A stretch of 64,000 bases of DNA from Raillietiella orientalis (Eukaryota). The stretch covers positions 3,720,001-3,784,000 of the forward strand of contig JAYWIR010000006.1 in NCBI GenBank assembly GCA_036172245.1. The letters are read 5' to 3'. The translations under genes were made by a program, and so were the position numbers. Below, piece after piece: positions 22,585 to 37,300 of the stretch (within the stretch, counting starts at the first letter, position 1; every line of letters starts with the position of its first letter). The notes beneath the pieces are model-generated. The model worked only from the letters and a program-made list of their open reading frames with translations, searched no databases and was not told the DNA's origin.

Positions 22585-25500
22585 GCAGGCCTTTTCGTCC
22601 AGTAAGCAATAAAACCTTATCAAATGCACCGTGAGAGTCGCCCTCCCCAGTCCGGAGCTCAGCTAAGAAGGAAAAGGATCATTGGGGTAGGGGGTGGTGG
22701 GGGTGAGGAAGGAAGTCGAGACGTCTGTCGGACGCACCGCTCTTGAGGTCATCCTCTGTTGAGGTTGCAAAGAAGGAAGAGCGTTCATAGCAACGGTTGC
22801 AAGGCTCTCCAGAAGTACCATATAAAGTTTTTTTGTTCTTTTTCTTTTTGTTTTTATTTGCGTTGCTCATTCATTTCAAGCGTGCATTTCCTAACTTCTT
22901 CCAAAACAAGTTCAAACAAGCACGGCTTCAGCATCAGCTCGCACAAGTAGGTCACTGTTTTTTTTTTTTTTTTTTTAAAAAAAAGTACACCATTTTTACC
23001 CCTGAACACTTGCGTATTGGCATAAGTGTTCGCGAAACGGTTGTACGTTGCCGTTGGAACGAGGAAACGGCTGAATCGTAAAGCATTGCAGGAAACTTTA
23101 TGTGGTAAGGTACTAAGGCTGCGATTAAACGAGTTCTAATGAAGCGCGTAAGGCCGATACATCATAAACAATAAAATGGCAGCGATAAATAAAATCAGGC
23201 GTCGAAGGACACTGCCACGAAGCTTCAGAACGCCTGCGGGTGCCGTGTTGACGGGTGTCGCCGCAGCTCCTTCTCCAGGTCAAAGGAACAACAGGCACGC
23301 AGGCGTGAACCTCGAGCAGTGCAAATATAGGTCATCATCGCACGTTTTTTCGTACACGAATTCCCTGTAAACTGCAGGGAAGCGCCCACACCCCATTTAT
23401 TGCAAGTGCTGCTACCTCGACACGAATTATCTCCACGCTGGTCACGTGAGCAGAACACGAGATCGGCACGGATACGAAAAAGGCCCGAAGCACAACTTAA
23501 TCCCCAGCATTTCTTATATATTTATACTCCTCAAGGGCGTGCACAGGGAAGAGGCCGATACGACACGCTCGAATTTCCAAGGTTCACCGTTGTTCAAAAA
23601 AGCAAAGACATTTCTGGAAGGGAGCCTAAATTTAAAGCCACCTCTTTTTGCAGGGCAGCCAACGTTCAAGCGCTCCTACCGTTTATTAATTTGCAGTTGT
23701 TGCGGGAGATGCTTTCCTCAATCTCGTGGTGTGACGAGCAGCATCGGTAAGATTATTATTACTGCCTCCCCATTTTTTGTGCGCGTTATAAGAAACTTCT
23801 GGATGTCTTGGGGAAATGTCAGTCGTGACGGCGAAGGAGCCGCGGATGTATTTTTAGTGTCGAAACGTTTTGCGGTTGCATTCACGGTTGATGGCGGAAA
23901 ACACGAATGAATGCTCAGTGCTCGCGGTTCTTGCGCGAGCTGCTTCCGGGGTGTCGGCGGTCGACACCTCGGGGCGGCGGCGGCCCTCAAGCCGCGGAAC
24001 ACGCGGGTGCTCCACGCAGAGTCGACGGGCGTTCCGTGGATAAAGCCGTGGAAATTTTGCACAGTTGGAATCCGAGAACGAATGCCCGTTTCGTGTTCTC
24101 TCGACTCTTGTCAGATCTACTGGCTTCGTTTACTTCCACCCCCAGCCCTATAAAATAAGCCGGGGGAGGGGGGGGCACTCCGTCGAAATGTCGGGATTTG
24201 CGAAAGTGTTCCGTCATGGGAAAGGTTTGGGAGACGCTACCTCGATGTGTGCCGTTGGGATTGGATGTCGGTGGTTCTTAGCTGTCGACGGTTCAGGTCG
24301 CATCGCCGACGCATCGTGCGGAGCTTTCAAACTGTTCAGCAGTGTCCCGGTGCACAAACACATGGAAGGAGAGTATGGAACAGGGGAATGAGTGAACCCG
24401 CGTTCATCATCCTGGATCTCTAACCAACGGTGGCATCCGTGATGTCACAGCAGCGTCAAGTGTTGCACCCTTGTTGCCAGTTACCTACAGTTGCGTGGAA
24501 GCCAAGTGGTGTTGCCGCCCTCGAATTTGCCCGAGGGCTTTCCAGGAACGAAAGGTCTAGGTGGGAAGCGGAACTGCCCGAACTGCGGTCACCGGTCGAA
24601 AAGGCACCCGTCGGCTGCTTCTTCTTTTTGATGTAATAAACGATTTCCTCGAGTGCTTCTTTGAAGGCATCGGAAACCGGTTTCTCTAAATGCCTTCTTT
24701 GTGTAGACCACCACGGCATTTAGAGAGAGACAGGAAACACAAGGAACGCGATGGAGCTTTGATGCAACACTTGATGGAGCTTGTACATGTACAAAGTCGA
24801 TGTGCAGACTTGATAAGAGCGTCTCGAAAAATTATGGATTTTTTTTTTTTTTTAGTAGGAAATTCCAATCCCTACGGAATCATAGCACTGCGAGTTTCAG
24901 GATGCAAAACTTTGGGAATTCTCAGGACTCTGATAGCCAAGTGTGGACACACACACACATCCTTGGTGAACTGTCCCCGCTCTCCGTTGGTTCACCTGAA
25001 AGGGACTTTACACATCCATTGACAAGTAAAAAGTTGTCGAGGTGCGATTCCAGCCGAGTCTCGTTAGACCTGTTGTTCCACGTAATTCAATGAACCCGAA
25101 GAAGTTCCGAGTTTCGCGTGCACGGAAGGAAAAACACGACTTCTGGAATTTTCCAGTTGTTTGTTTACTGTGGAATTAGCAGCAGCTGAGTTCGTACAGC
25201 GTGGTGATGTGATCGGCATTTCGTGCGCGCTTCGTGGTTTGGTTCTTTGCGGTGTACAATCTCAGGTAGGAGAAAAAAAGAGGAGGGGGGGGGGATATCA
25301 CAGATTCATCTCAGCAGTTCCGCATCTTCATGTGTTTGTTGGACCATTATCACGTTTGTGATGATTTCGCGATTTTTCTGGTTATCAGCGAGTACATTAA
25401 TTTCGCACGCTGCTCGACGGTCAATTTGTTTCTTTCAAAGTCGCAGGTAGGATTTTTTTCGACCTCAACAGGCCCTCGCTAAGAGTACGTGCAACTTTGC

Positions 25501-26714
25501 TGTACACGTGTGAAAATGGATGTGCCTGAATCTTCAGGATTCCACTTGCAAAATTCATCCGTTAGCACACAAGTAAATCACGCTGGGTTTTTTTTTTTCT
25601 TTGGATCCTTAAGCTTCGAGGAGTTTTCCTTGGAATTCCCCTCAGTATTCGTGCAGGCATTTTTTTTTTTTTTTTGCTCGAGGGTGGTCGAAAATTGGGT
25701 TCAAGATACCGATTTCTTGGAAATCCATGCAACCGTGGCATCAGGGGATGAGAGGAAGAAGTTGTTATTCCGGGGAAAGAATACTTTTCCAGGCCGAGAA
25801 ACCATGCAGACACACACACCAATGGCAGTGTTTGAATTCTCTTTGCCGAGTGTACGCGGGTCGCCAGCCTTTGCGTAACTTATAAATGAACTGCGTTTTT
25901 GGCACTGCGTGCAGAAAGCACCGTAAGCGTGAGGAACCGTCTCACCCACGTGATCGAAATCTCTTTGCCTCGGTACGCTTCGTATTGACTTCCCTTCTGT
26001 CCTGTCACCTGAGTGAAGCTTGCTGATGTGAACCCGTGGTCAAGGTAAATCTGTTTCCTGAAAATATCTTTTGCTTGCCTTTGTCCAACCCGCGGAATCT
26101 GCTCGATGCTTTTCCACCTTTTGGAATCCGCGCTATAATTCAAAACCCGAGTGGTGGGAGCTCCGCAGTAAATCTTCAAAGGCTGCTGCATGCGTACTTC
26201 CCGTCAGCAAGCTCAGGCGAATGGTCCTGCGGCTGCAAAGAGGAAAAAAAATTCAGTTGAAATAGTTGAAAATTCGGGGTCATTCGGGTATCGTTCGGCG
26301 TCTTCTTGCCTTGTTCCCGTTGCCGTCGGGTTCCCCCCGAAATGGGGCAGAAGAAAACCTGACGAGGTTTGGTGGTGCGGGGCAGCAGGCTGCTTCGACA
26401 TCGCAAGCATCCTAACAAAGTGTGCTCTCGAATGTTTCGGATTGAGATGCTGCAACTCGTAGGTGTGTGCCTGCCTAGGGACGTAAGTGTTCTTTGGCCC
26501 GCATTTTTCAAATGGCAGAGAGTTTCGGCAGTATGAAATCCCAGTCCCTTTGGTCCCAGCCGTTCTTTGTTTCTTCCAGAAATTGTTTTGCGGGCGAATT
26601 CATGCTTTATCGTAGGGGAAAAAAAAAAAAAACAAAAGTGACAGAGGAAGAAGAAGCTGACAGAAGTTTCTGGAGATTCAATGGCATTTATCCAAAATGC
26701 AAGATTTTTTTCCC

Positions 26715-26726
26715 GTGCGTGCGTGC

Positions 26727-26779
<53 letters not shown>
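26715..26779. repeat. Compound (GTGC)n(GT)n microsatellite
   Basis: Seen directly in the sequence. Confidence 0.97.
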
Positions 26780-26780
<1 letters not shown>

Positions 26781-29700
26781 TGTGTATCGGTGTGTTTCGG
26801 TGCACAGCATAGATTCGATATATTCTTAGATCCTCAAATGTCCCGTGAGTTCAAGTACCGCTGCCAATTTTGGTTCTCCTTTCTTTCTTCCTTCCTGCTT
26901 CAGGACTAAAAGCATTGGAAAAAAAATTCAAGACATGCCAGCACCAACTAATTGAAAGAATGCTGCTTTGCAGGAGCAATTTTGCGCTCACAGGATGTTT
27001 TTTTTTTTTTGTTTTTTCTTTTTCCCTTTAGCCTTGTAAAAAAAAAAATAAAGTGGTTGTTCTCCGTTTTCTCCATTTGCTATCGTATCTTCCGAATGCA
27101 TTAGTCAGGATGTTATGTATGTGACGGTGTTGTGCTTCCTTGCTCGTATCCCGTGAGTTTCTCGTACTGCGGTAATTGATCTCTGGAGTGCAATTGCTGC
27201 TGGTGTTCGGCCAGTCCTCACCGACTAGACCTGCTGCTGAGGAATGTCACCGTGAGACGCATTTTTCTTTCTTCCTTTCTTTCTTTCTTTGTACCGAACA
27301 CAAAGTGCGAGCTGCACTTCGTGCTCGGCAGTGAAAGAGTTCCGGACAGCCGGTGCACGAAATTGGAAGCATCCACCGGGGATGTCTGCTTGCGGTAAAT
27401 GGGTTGGTGCTTGGGAACACGTCTCTCCAATGGCGTACTCCGCTGCTGCCTCGGAGGATTTTTAAAAGTGCCAGCAACCGGGGATGTTGCCACATGCATC
27501 TGAAAGTCGGCAAGCAACGGCACAGGAAACCCACCCGAGCAACGTTCGAAATCCCGCGGATGCTGTGACCTGGGGTCCACGCCTGGGTAGGTGATCGCCA
27601 GTCGAGCGTCTTTGGTGCGGCGAAAATAACGGAGAGCGGAAAAAGCAACTTTTGTGGGAGGAAAAAAAAAAGAAAAGAAAAAAGAAACTCCGGAGGAATT
27701 ACGTGTTTCGTGTGCAGTGCGTGGACTCTGAGGATCGAAGTAAGGAACTCATCGTTACGATTGCCAGTAGTGAGGGGGCATCACGTTGCCGGATGGTTTC
27801 GTAAGGAGTGCCGTGGCCCCGTGTATCCTTTGAGATTCCGTCGTGTTCATTGGATTGTGTTTCGTGTTCTGCCTCGCCGCTTTCATCTTCCCCGTTCGGA
27901 GTTGGCGTAACCGTTGGATCGTCCCGTGGGAGCACCCTGCGGACGGCGTGTTCAAGCGTAGGTGAACCTGCGTGTGAAGGCTTGTGCTCCCTCCTCTTAG
28001 GTGTCACTGCTGATTTGTCTTTTTGGGCGAAATTTCAATCTTAGCCGAAGATCCTCACGCTTTGCTTCTCGGTGACAGGATGCAGAAAGAATCTCTGCAT
28101 CTCATTTGCCTCCGTGGTGCAATTCTTTGCTCCTGCTCCGTTAGATATGGCGTTTTCACTACTCTTCACTCTCTCTCCATCTTTGACTGTTTCCAAGTGC
28201 ACATAAAACCGAAATCGTCTTTTTTTTTTTAAAAAAAAAAAAAAAAAATGCATTCATCTGTTTGCTGGAACGACTAATGTTTGTTCTAGGACTCGCTCGG
28301 CTGAGTGTTGTTTTTTCCTTTTAGACGATTTTCCAAAAGCTTCTGGCTGCACAAGAATCCCAACACGCGCGGAGGTCAATCGTTGACCTTCGCATCCAAT
28401 GTGACCTTTTCGACATGTACACTTTTTAAATCAGGAAGCAGCCGCTGCTTTTCAAGCATAACCTTGTCGTATTTCGAGGCAGCTTTATTGTTTTCCCTCG
28501 TGGATAGGCGAATTCTGATGCGCTGATGATGATGGAAGCAGAATTTTCAATGATGGATATAAAAAATGCAGATGGAAACTTGTCCAGGGAACACACCCGG
28601 TAGCTTTGCGAGCCAAGTGTCGAGCCGACTGTAAGACGTTCGTTTCTCCAACGGAACATGGCAGGTTCATGAGCACTTCACGGTTCCCCTGGAAACAGCT
28701 CCCTGATGCGCAGAACATCGTAGTTTATCATCTTAGTAGATGAATGGGTCAAGTGATTTCTCGGAGCGGCAGATAGTTCTCTTGAGAGAGAGGAGACTTT
28801 GTTACCCGCCACGTCCCTTTACCGGGAAAATAAGAGTCCCAATTTCTTTTCTTTTTTTTTTTTATTAAGCATTCTATTTAAACTAGCTGATTCTCCACTG
28901 ACGAGACCTCTTCGTTTGAAAATTATTGCGAATGAAATGGCCAGCACCTTTCTGAGGTCAGATTCCTTTTACCTCAGCTCGGTGTGTTGTGCCAGAACCA
29001 CCGATGGCCCTAGGGCGCGCACGGCACCAGGCGGTTGCATGGAAACGCTTCTTCTGAATGAATGCCTCCAAACCTACGCGAGATACATCCCGTGCGTTGT
29101 GTACGTCTGTACCTGCGTTGTTTCCAAGAAGAGAGCCAACGGATAGGAGAAGCCAATAAATTTTCGTTTCCAATTTACGCGACACTTCGATTGCCTGCAC
29201 TCGTACTGCTGTGATGTCGGTTAATGGGCACAACGTGTGGTGTGATGCATTGGCACTTCGTATTCAGTGGCCTCACAAAGTCGTAACCTCTCAAGTAGTG
29301 ATAATTTTTTTCTTTTTCTTCATTTTAGGCAGTTATGTATATATTTTTCCTTCCTATGAATGCAACTTCCACGGAGGTACAAATGACTCTTCTGCTGTGA
29401 GTTATTTCTCCAGAATACGATCTGCAGTCATTTCCTCCCGTCGGTCGCTATGGGGACATCCTGCCTGTGCACAGTGTTGAATAGTGTAGGAAGTTAGTGA
29501 AAATGACGTTGGGGAGAAAAAAAAAAAAAATTGGCAAGCGTGTAGGTGGCACAGATTCTCGAAAGGAGCTGTCGAACAGATTTTGTTGACAGTAAACGGT
29601 TTCAGAGAACAGCACTGATTTTTTTTTTCTTTTTCCTTTGCCTTTTTTAAGCAATGGGACTCGACGCTCTTTGCGTCATCTGCAGCCTTTGTGTATTACA

Positions 29701-30578
29701 TTTTCGTTCAGGCACTTCTGCGGGCACCGTTTATTACGTGCTGCAGGAAGTACCACCCCTTCGCTCAGACGAAGGATATAATCCTTTGGATGCCTGTGTC
29801 TTTCGGGGGCATCTTCGATGCCAATCTCTTCCGCATCAGAGACGCGATTCCCGGAAAATCATCTTCGCGAAAATTCTCCATGCTCAGTATTTTAATTGCT
29901 GATTCTCCCGTTTGATGAATCGAACTCGGATCACTTCAGCTCTATCGGGCGTGTGGCGGAGAGCGTTCACGGAAACCTCAGGTGTTCCGTTCTGAAACAA
30001 CGCGCGATCCAACCCTTCGTAGCTCGTAGAAACATTCCATTGGATTGCGCCGGGCATTCCAAGGAATGCTGCTTTCCCCTTTCCATTCCTTGTGCTCCCC
30101 CAAGTGCGCCCGCGGGGGCGGCGAACCTTTCCTCCCGCTTAACCCCCTCCATCCAGGAAGAGTGCGCACCTCCATCTTCTCGGTACTTGGGTTGCCCGCG
30201 TTTACCGACTGTTCTTCATCTGATGAGAAAGAGAGGCAACAGCATGGGATGTGGCTCGTCGCTGATCCAAAAGAAAAAGGGAAGCATAGTGACACCTCGG
30301 TTCTCGTCGGCAGTTCGTTCCGGAACTCGTGACGAGTGCCGAAAGCGACGAGTAAAGAACGCGTTCCTTCCTAGGCTTCGTGGTATCATATTTAACCATT
30401 TTAAGACCCACGATGAACGCTCAAAATGCACAGAAAGCACCAAAAAAAAAAGAGGAACGATTCGGGAGGCACTGATTCGGGAAGTGTTCGGCACTGTTCG
30501 CGAGCCGCCTCCATGAGATGAAATCGTTCACTTGTTTCATCATGACAGTGGGGTGTCGAGTACCGAGGTACCACTCTG

Positions 30579-30582
30579 TATA

Positions 30583-30613
<31 letters not shown>
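30579..30613. repeat. Interrupted (TA)n microsatellite
   Basis: Seen directly in the sequence. Confidence 0.9.
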
Positions 30614-33600
30614 TCGTCCTGAAATTCCAACAGGTTTTCAATTTGTTCCGTGGTCCGCTATGCTGATCCGTAGTCGGGCACCTGGCAAGATCAGGCTGTG
30701 GGACACCAGCAAAGAGGTGTTTGCCCAAGGGAAAACCTACATCTCCGTTTTCATTGGCCGTTTCGCATGCACTCCACGGCGATGCCTGCAGCCTGCCGTA
30801 GGTGGCGAACGTGGGGCACACGTGCCCTGTGCAAGACGCGCACCCCACATTTCGAGTTTCGCGTAACGCAAAGCTTCCCGCCTACTCCCCCGCCTCTTTC
30901 CGTATGTACGGAAGAGAACCTCGGCTTCGGTTTCGGTACGGAAGAGCGGCGGACGCAATCCTCCACATTCCCGTGGATGTTGGAGACACGCAATGATGCG
31001 TCTGCGATGATGTCGTGACATGGAAATGTAACTTAAATAACCGATTCCTCGGGATCTTTGAAGATTTTTCGGAAGATATGAAAAAAAATAAATAAAAATG
31101 AAAATAAAGATGGCACGCTTGGCGGTTTTCCAGGTTCGGCTTCCTCGGTGAGCGGTTTCCGTGATTTGCGATGCGATGCAGCTAAATCGAAAGAACTGTA
31201 TGCCAACGACCTATGCCTCCAAGGAAGAAGAATATTTTCTGGTGACTGCATAAGAGTTCTTCTGGTAAGCCCCCTCCGCCTTTTCGTTGCGTCTCGGGGG
31301 ACGCGGCCTGCAGGCAGGCTCGTACGAATGCCCCTTCAGTAGGGAGGGCGCAAAATCACCCCATCCACCCCCCTGCTACCTCCTCCTGGTTCACTCGCCC
31401 AGGTCCCCTCCATGGCAACCGCGCAAGCGATGCTCGCGGTCGGAACTGCTGAGCGAACGACAGCCACGATGACTTGAGCCTGGGTGTCGAAGCAATCAAG
31501 GCGATCGACCAAGGCAGGGCTTCCCGTTCAAAGTGGCGATCATTCGTTTCACTTCGCTTCAGAGATGGGGATTCGGGTGCTTCTTCCAGATTCAGCAAAA
31601 TTGCAGAAAGTCTTCATTATCCAGAGGTGCTTTTCGTAAGCTCTTTCCGCGAGCAGTCAGCCGCAACGAAAAGTCGGGCGATTCAGTTCTGGTGTGTGTC
31701 ACGAGCCGCTCTGGTGTTCTAGCGTTTTTTTGTTTCTCCTTTGAATTCCCTCCCCCTCCCCCTACTTCGTGAACCGGGGGCATGGACTGCTGCTGCTCTA
31801 GCCTCTGGCCTCCGAGCTGGGCCGCAAGAAGAAAGAAGGCCTTTCCCATGCACCACCAGCACGGCCTCGCTGGTCTCGAACCGAAAATTCGGCCAACGGA
31901 AACCCACGCTTCGCAGGTCCCTGGCGGGTCATTCGGCTGCAGGACGGCCAGCGGCGGAACCCTGAAAGGAGCGCTCCCTGCGTCCTCAACGACCGTCCAC
32001 TGTGGGATCCCTCGTCGTCCACTTCCCGCGCGCCTCCCTCGCCCAATCGAGCGCCCGGTTTGCCCTCCCGGAACCTCGAGGAGGAATTCCCGCTTTCGCG
32101 CAATCCAAGGTCACCCAGAAATCGTGCGCGTTTTGTTTTGGATTTCTGGACTGCTATGTTTGTAGTTCGGGGAAAGGCGGAAATTCTTTGGCAGGAAGGG
32201 ACTCCCAAGGTCTTCTTGCCGCACTGGTTTCATTTGGAAACAAAACAGTTTGCCAATATCAACCTGTGTATCTGGAAATGGGCTCTTTTCCTCCCCCTTT
32301 TGGCTAGACTGCGCACAGGAAGCAATCCGTGTGTGTGTGTGTGTGCGCGCGTGTTGTTTCGTGTTCTGTTTACATCTTCCCGTAGTCTGTTTCGAGTTTA
32401 CGATTATCTAATGACAGCCGATCGCGTGTTCGACGGCGTCGTTCGGACTTTTGTTTCGTCTTCGACTCTTCTTGCTTGCAGCTTCCGCGTCGGAGCCGAC
32501 CCTTGCCCGACAACAGACCGGTGTGGCGTGTGGATCACAATTCGCCGCGCTTGCTCCCTTTTTTTTTTTTTTTTTCAACCCGGTGGTTTCACCGCGTGGC
32601 TAAACATCTCCAAGCTTACTCCGATCCAGCGTCTTGGGATGTTTCGCGTCGCCAGGGTTTTCCCAAGGGGCGTGATCTTTACCGACTTTCCTTGCGCAAA
32701 GTTCCCCCCCGTGCAAGGAAAGAGGAGGACTCGAACCCCAATATCTTGTCTATTTCTCGCACACGGGAGGTGGCTCGGGGGCACACGTGGCTTTCCCGCG
32801 AATCCGCCCTAGTGGCAAAGGGCCCGTGTTCCCCCCTCCCGGTGTTCGCTTTCATGGGGGGTCGCCCTCACCGCTCTGCGAGCACGCCGGAGCGCTTTCG
32901 ACCCGAATACGTGGGGTCGCGGCAGAGGCTCATCCAGCATCTCTTGATGCATACAGATGTGTCACACTCAGGGCTCTCGAAACAAATGGACTCTTTGTGA
33001 ACTTTGGACTGCGCGCCGGCCATCCCTTGCGTGCCAAAAAAGACCTCCGCAGGACGCGGGCGATTCGTTCGGGGTTGCACGAATCCGCTCAATATGGGTT
33101 ATCCAATATGGTGACAGTTATAAATCTTGAGCGTTAGCACAGTACAACATTTCACTTTAAAGAAAAAAGGGGGGGGAAGGCGCGGTTTAATGTATTTTTC
33201 ATTCAACCTCACTTTTCTCGCGATTTCGAATGTCTTTTTTTCTTAGAAAAAAAAAAACGAGAAAAAGCGGATTTGCTTTTTAACGTGAAAACAACAAGAA
33301 AAAATCCGACCTACTTGGATTCTTTTTTGTTTTTTTCAAAAACAGATTAATTGGCGCTGTGGCTCAAAATGCAAACGTATCCACAGCGTCGTCGCGTACG
33401 GCTGATTCGCCGCGTTCCACTATGACCGCCGCCGCCATTTTGTTTTTGTTTGTTTTTTTTCCATCGCCGCGGCTTCTCCGTATTTGTTTACCGCAAACAG
33501 GGGAGAGAGAGAAAAAGAGAAGAAGAAAAACACCATCACGGATGATCCGGAAAATTCGGTGCTGAAGAGGCGGCGGTGCCGTGCACGGGTGAAGGCACGA

Positions 33601-34329
33601 GAGCCGAGGCGCCTTTTTCTTTCCGGCTGAAGGACACCGGGCGTCCCTCCGGCACCCGAAGGCTGTCGCGTGCGGAGATGCCCAGGGGCGGGCGGAAGGA
33701 TGCGCAGGAGGACGCGTTCGCGGTGGAGACGGGATGCGTGCCATCCTTCGCCGCCGCCTTTCACGGGCGCCGCGCGTTGCCGTCAGGGTCAGGTGCGGCG
33801 CGGCGACCGAAGGGCAAACCGGAAGCTCTCAGCCGTCTGGCGGCAAGCGCCGCGAGGCGACAACGCAAACCGGGTCCCTGGCGTGCGCGTCCGGGCGACT
33901 CGCCCCGCCCGTGCCCCTTTCGCCAGAGCTCCTCGCGCGCGGCCAAGCAGGCGGCCTGCCGCTGGACCGCTGCCCCGCCCTTGCCCCCCGTCGCTGTCCT
34001 CCCCTCTCTCGTGCCCGTCGTCGGGGCAAGTTGGCTCGGGACACGGAAGCGAAGGCACGACCCTTCCGTGGCGCCCCCTCGCCCGGACAAGAGGAACGTC
34101 CAGGGTGAATGATCTCCGGCAACTTTCCTTCCTTCCTGTGCCGCCCCGCGCTCTGTTGCCACCGCGTCTCGGTTCGACCCGGCGGAGTCGGCCTCCTCCC
34201 TCCTTCCTCCTCCTGCCCGGAGAGTCTGCCCGCCGGCCGCTGCGCGAGACGCCGCCGGCCGGCCGGGGTGCCGACGTGCTTCTCTCTGTTCTTGCAGCAG
34301 CGGCAGTGCCGCGCGGCGACGGCGGGAGC

Positions 34330-37300
34330 ATGGAACAGTTCGACCAGCTGCTCACGTGTCCCATCTGCCTGGACCGGTACCGCAACCCCAAGCTGCTCCC
34401 GTGCCAGCACTCCTTCTGCATGGAGCCCTGCCTGGAGAACCTGATCGACTACATCCGGCGGGAGATCAAGTGCCCCGAGTGCAGGGCGGAGCACCGCGTC
34501 CCGTACAACGGCATCCAGGGCTACCCGACGAATGTCACGCTGCAGCGCTTCCTGGAGCTGCACATCGAGATCACGGGCGAGCTGCCCGACCCGACGGCCA
34601 ACTTGGTCATGGAGCGGTGCGGCGTCTGTTCCGAGAAGGCGTACTGCACCCCGTGCAGCCACTGCGACAAGAAGGTGTGCGGCGAGTGCAAGGGCAACCA
34701 CCTGGAGATCCTGAGACGGGAGATCGCCAGGATCAATAACCAGATCCGCCGCAGCCTGCAGAGACTGCGGGAGGGCGTGGAGTGGGCGGACCGGGCCGTG
34801 GCGCACCTGCGGCAGAACGCCAGCTGCGCCGCGGAGGAGATCGACGACGTATCCTGCCGCCTTCAGAAGGCCGTCGAGGAGCGGACCAACCAGCTGAAGA
34901 TGGAGATCGAGGAGTTCGCCTCGAGCGAGGGCAGGGCGCTCAAGGCGCTGCGAGACAACATCGAGCAGGAGCTGAGCAACATCGAGAGCAACTGCGAGCT
35001 GGCGGAGAAGTACATGCGGGCGGAGGACAGCACCTGCGACTGGGACGACAGGGAGCTCATGGACGCCAAGGACATCTACCTGAAGACCATGGAGTTCCTG
35101 CGCAACTTCGAGTACGACTGCTCCGTGTCGGAGCAGCACGGCCGCAGGCTGCGCTTCCACATGAGCCCCGATCTGAACGGGCTCGTCCACACGCTGTCCC
35201 AGTTCGGGGACGTGACCTACTCGTCCAGCTTCGGGGGCCAGACGTCCTCGTCCTCGGCGCTCATCCGCAGCAAGAGCGACCACCGCCTTGCGTCTGCCCT
35301 GTACCGCCAACAGGAGGAGAGGAACAGCGGCGTCTTCTCGTTCAGCGACGCCGAGGCCAGCGGAGGCGGACAGAGGCGGATGTTCGGCGAGCGCATCGGC
35401 AGCCGCGACCGCTACGGGATAGGCGACAGGTGCGCCGGCGGCGGCGGCGGCAGTGACCTGGACTACGACACCTCGGAAGGGAGGGGCAGCCGCAGGTACC
35501 GCAGCAGGTACTCCCGGAACCTGGACGTCTGCGACCTCGACCTCGACCTGCCGCGGTCCTCCGCCTCCTCCAGGCACCACCTGCAGGAGTCCGCCGCCGC
35601 CGCCGCCGCCGCCTCGCAGCAGGCCGCGTCGTCGCAGGGGCAGAGGAACCGGCTGCTGGACACTGAGGACGTGGCCAGGGGCCCTCTGAGCGGAGTCGGG
35701 CGCCTCCTGGATTCCCCGAGGGTCATGGAGAAGCTGCAAGACAGCCAGAACGCCCCCCGGAAGAAGGAGAAGGAGGCCGCGGCGCCCAAGACCGTGGCGG
35801 CAGCGCCGGTGAAGTTCGTCAGCCCCTCTCTGAGGAAGGCCAGTCGCCAGGTCAGCGAGGAGGACGAGATCAAGGCCATCAAGAGGCAGAACAAGCTCCA
35901 GGAGCAACAGCAGCAGAAGAAGAAGGAGGAGGGCGAGGAGCAGCAGGGGGAGGAGGAGGAGGAAGTGGGCGCCTCGGCGCGGGCGGTCGCCGACCGGACG
36001 GGCGTCAAGAAGAAGTGCAGTGGCAACCGGACCGGCTCTCCAAGAAGCAGCCAGCCGCCGACGCCAACGCTCGCCAAGTCCAAGGAGGAGGCGAACGCCG
36101 CGTTCTCCAGGGCCAAGGCCGCCTCCGAGCGCAAGGACGATGCGGAGGACGGGCGCCGGAAAAAGACCAAAGTCCTTCCCCCGCTCCAGGCGGCCGCCGC
36201 CCCCTTCCGCTCCGGCGCCCCGGGGGCCCTGTCCAGCGACGAGGGCTCCGACGACGACGACGCGGCGGCAGCGGCGACTTCCGCCGACGGCATCGCTGCC
36301 CCTCCCAAGTCGACGGCGACCTCCCCTGGCGCGCCCGGAGGCAACAGGAAGCCGTCCTTCTCCCGCTCCTCGTCGCACGCGTCCTTCGAGGAGGGCGACT
36401 CCGCGAAGTCCGCGCGGGTCAGGAAGGCGGACGGCGCGTCCTCCTCCACGTCCCCTCTGCGCGAAGGCGCTGCGGCGAAGGCGTCCTCGGAGCTGCCCCC
36501 CCACCAGAGGCTGCGCTTCCATGCGCGCTTCCTGGGCCGACCGTCCACTCCGACCGCCGAGACCCGGAAGGGGTCCGGCAGCGAGGACACCACGGAGACG
36601 GAATCCGAGGAGACGGAGGACAACGAGGAGGAGGAGGAGGAGGAGGAGGAGGCGGGGGAAGAGGAGGAGGAAGAGGAGGAGGAGGAGGAAGCGGAGGGAG
36701 CGCGCGTGACGACCGGGCGGAGCAGCGCCCAGCGCGAGGAGGAAGGCGGCGGGGGGCAGGTCAGGGCCTCCGAGGCCGCCTCCGTCGTTAAGGGTCAGAA
36801 GCCGTTGTCTTCCGAGGCGGCCCTGAAGAGCTCCGAGCCAGCATCCTCGTCGCCGTCCTCCGGCGGTTACGGCGGCGGCTCGCACAGGGAGTCGTCCCTC
36901 CTGCCGGACGGGAACGCCTTCTACAGCAGGTCCCGCACCGTGGGCAACCTTTTCCCGAAGAACAGCGGCGGCGGAAGCAGCAGCTGCTACCCTTCCGCCG
37001 CCTCCTCGTACGTGAGTCCCAGGAGCAAGGCGTACTCTTCCGGGCGGGAGTACAACCACGGCTACCACCCCCCTCACCACCACTTCGGGCGGGAGAAGGA
37101 CTCCGCATCGCCGTACAGCAAGGCGAGCCTGGTCTCGTCTTCCTCCTCGCCGTCCTCCAGGGACTGCTCGTCGTCGTCGGCAGGGCTGTCAAGCCGCTTC
37201 TCGAAGCGCCCGTCCGGCGGCTACTCCGGAGGGGCGGGGACGACCCTGTTCGGCGGCGCCGGGGGGGCGGGCGATCCGGACTCCCCCTCCGACAGGTACT

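Noticed and set aside
33829..37083. 1084-aa antisense ORF and other long overlapping ORFs opposite the TRIM-NHL gene
   Set aside because: Shadow ORFs expected from extreme third-position GC content; no recognisable domain.
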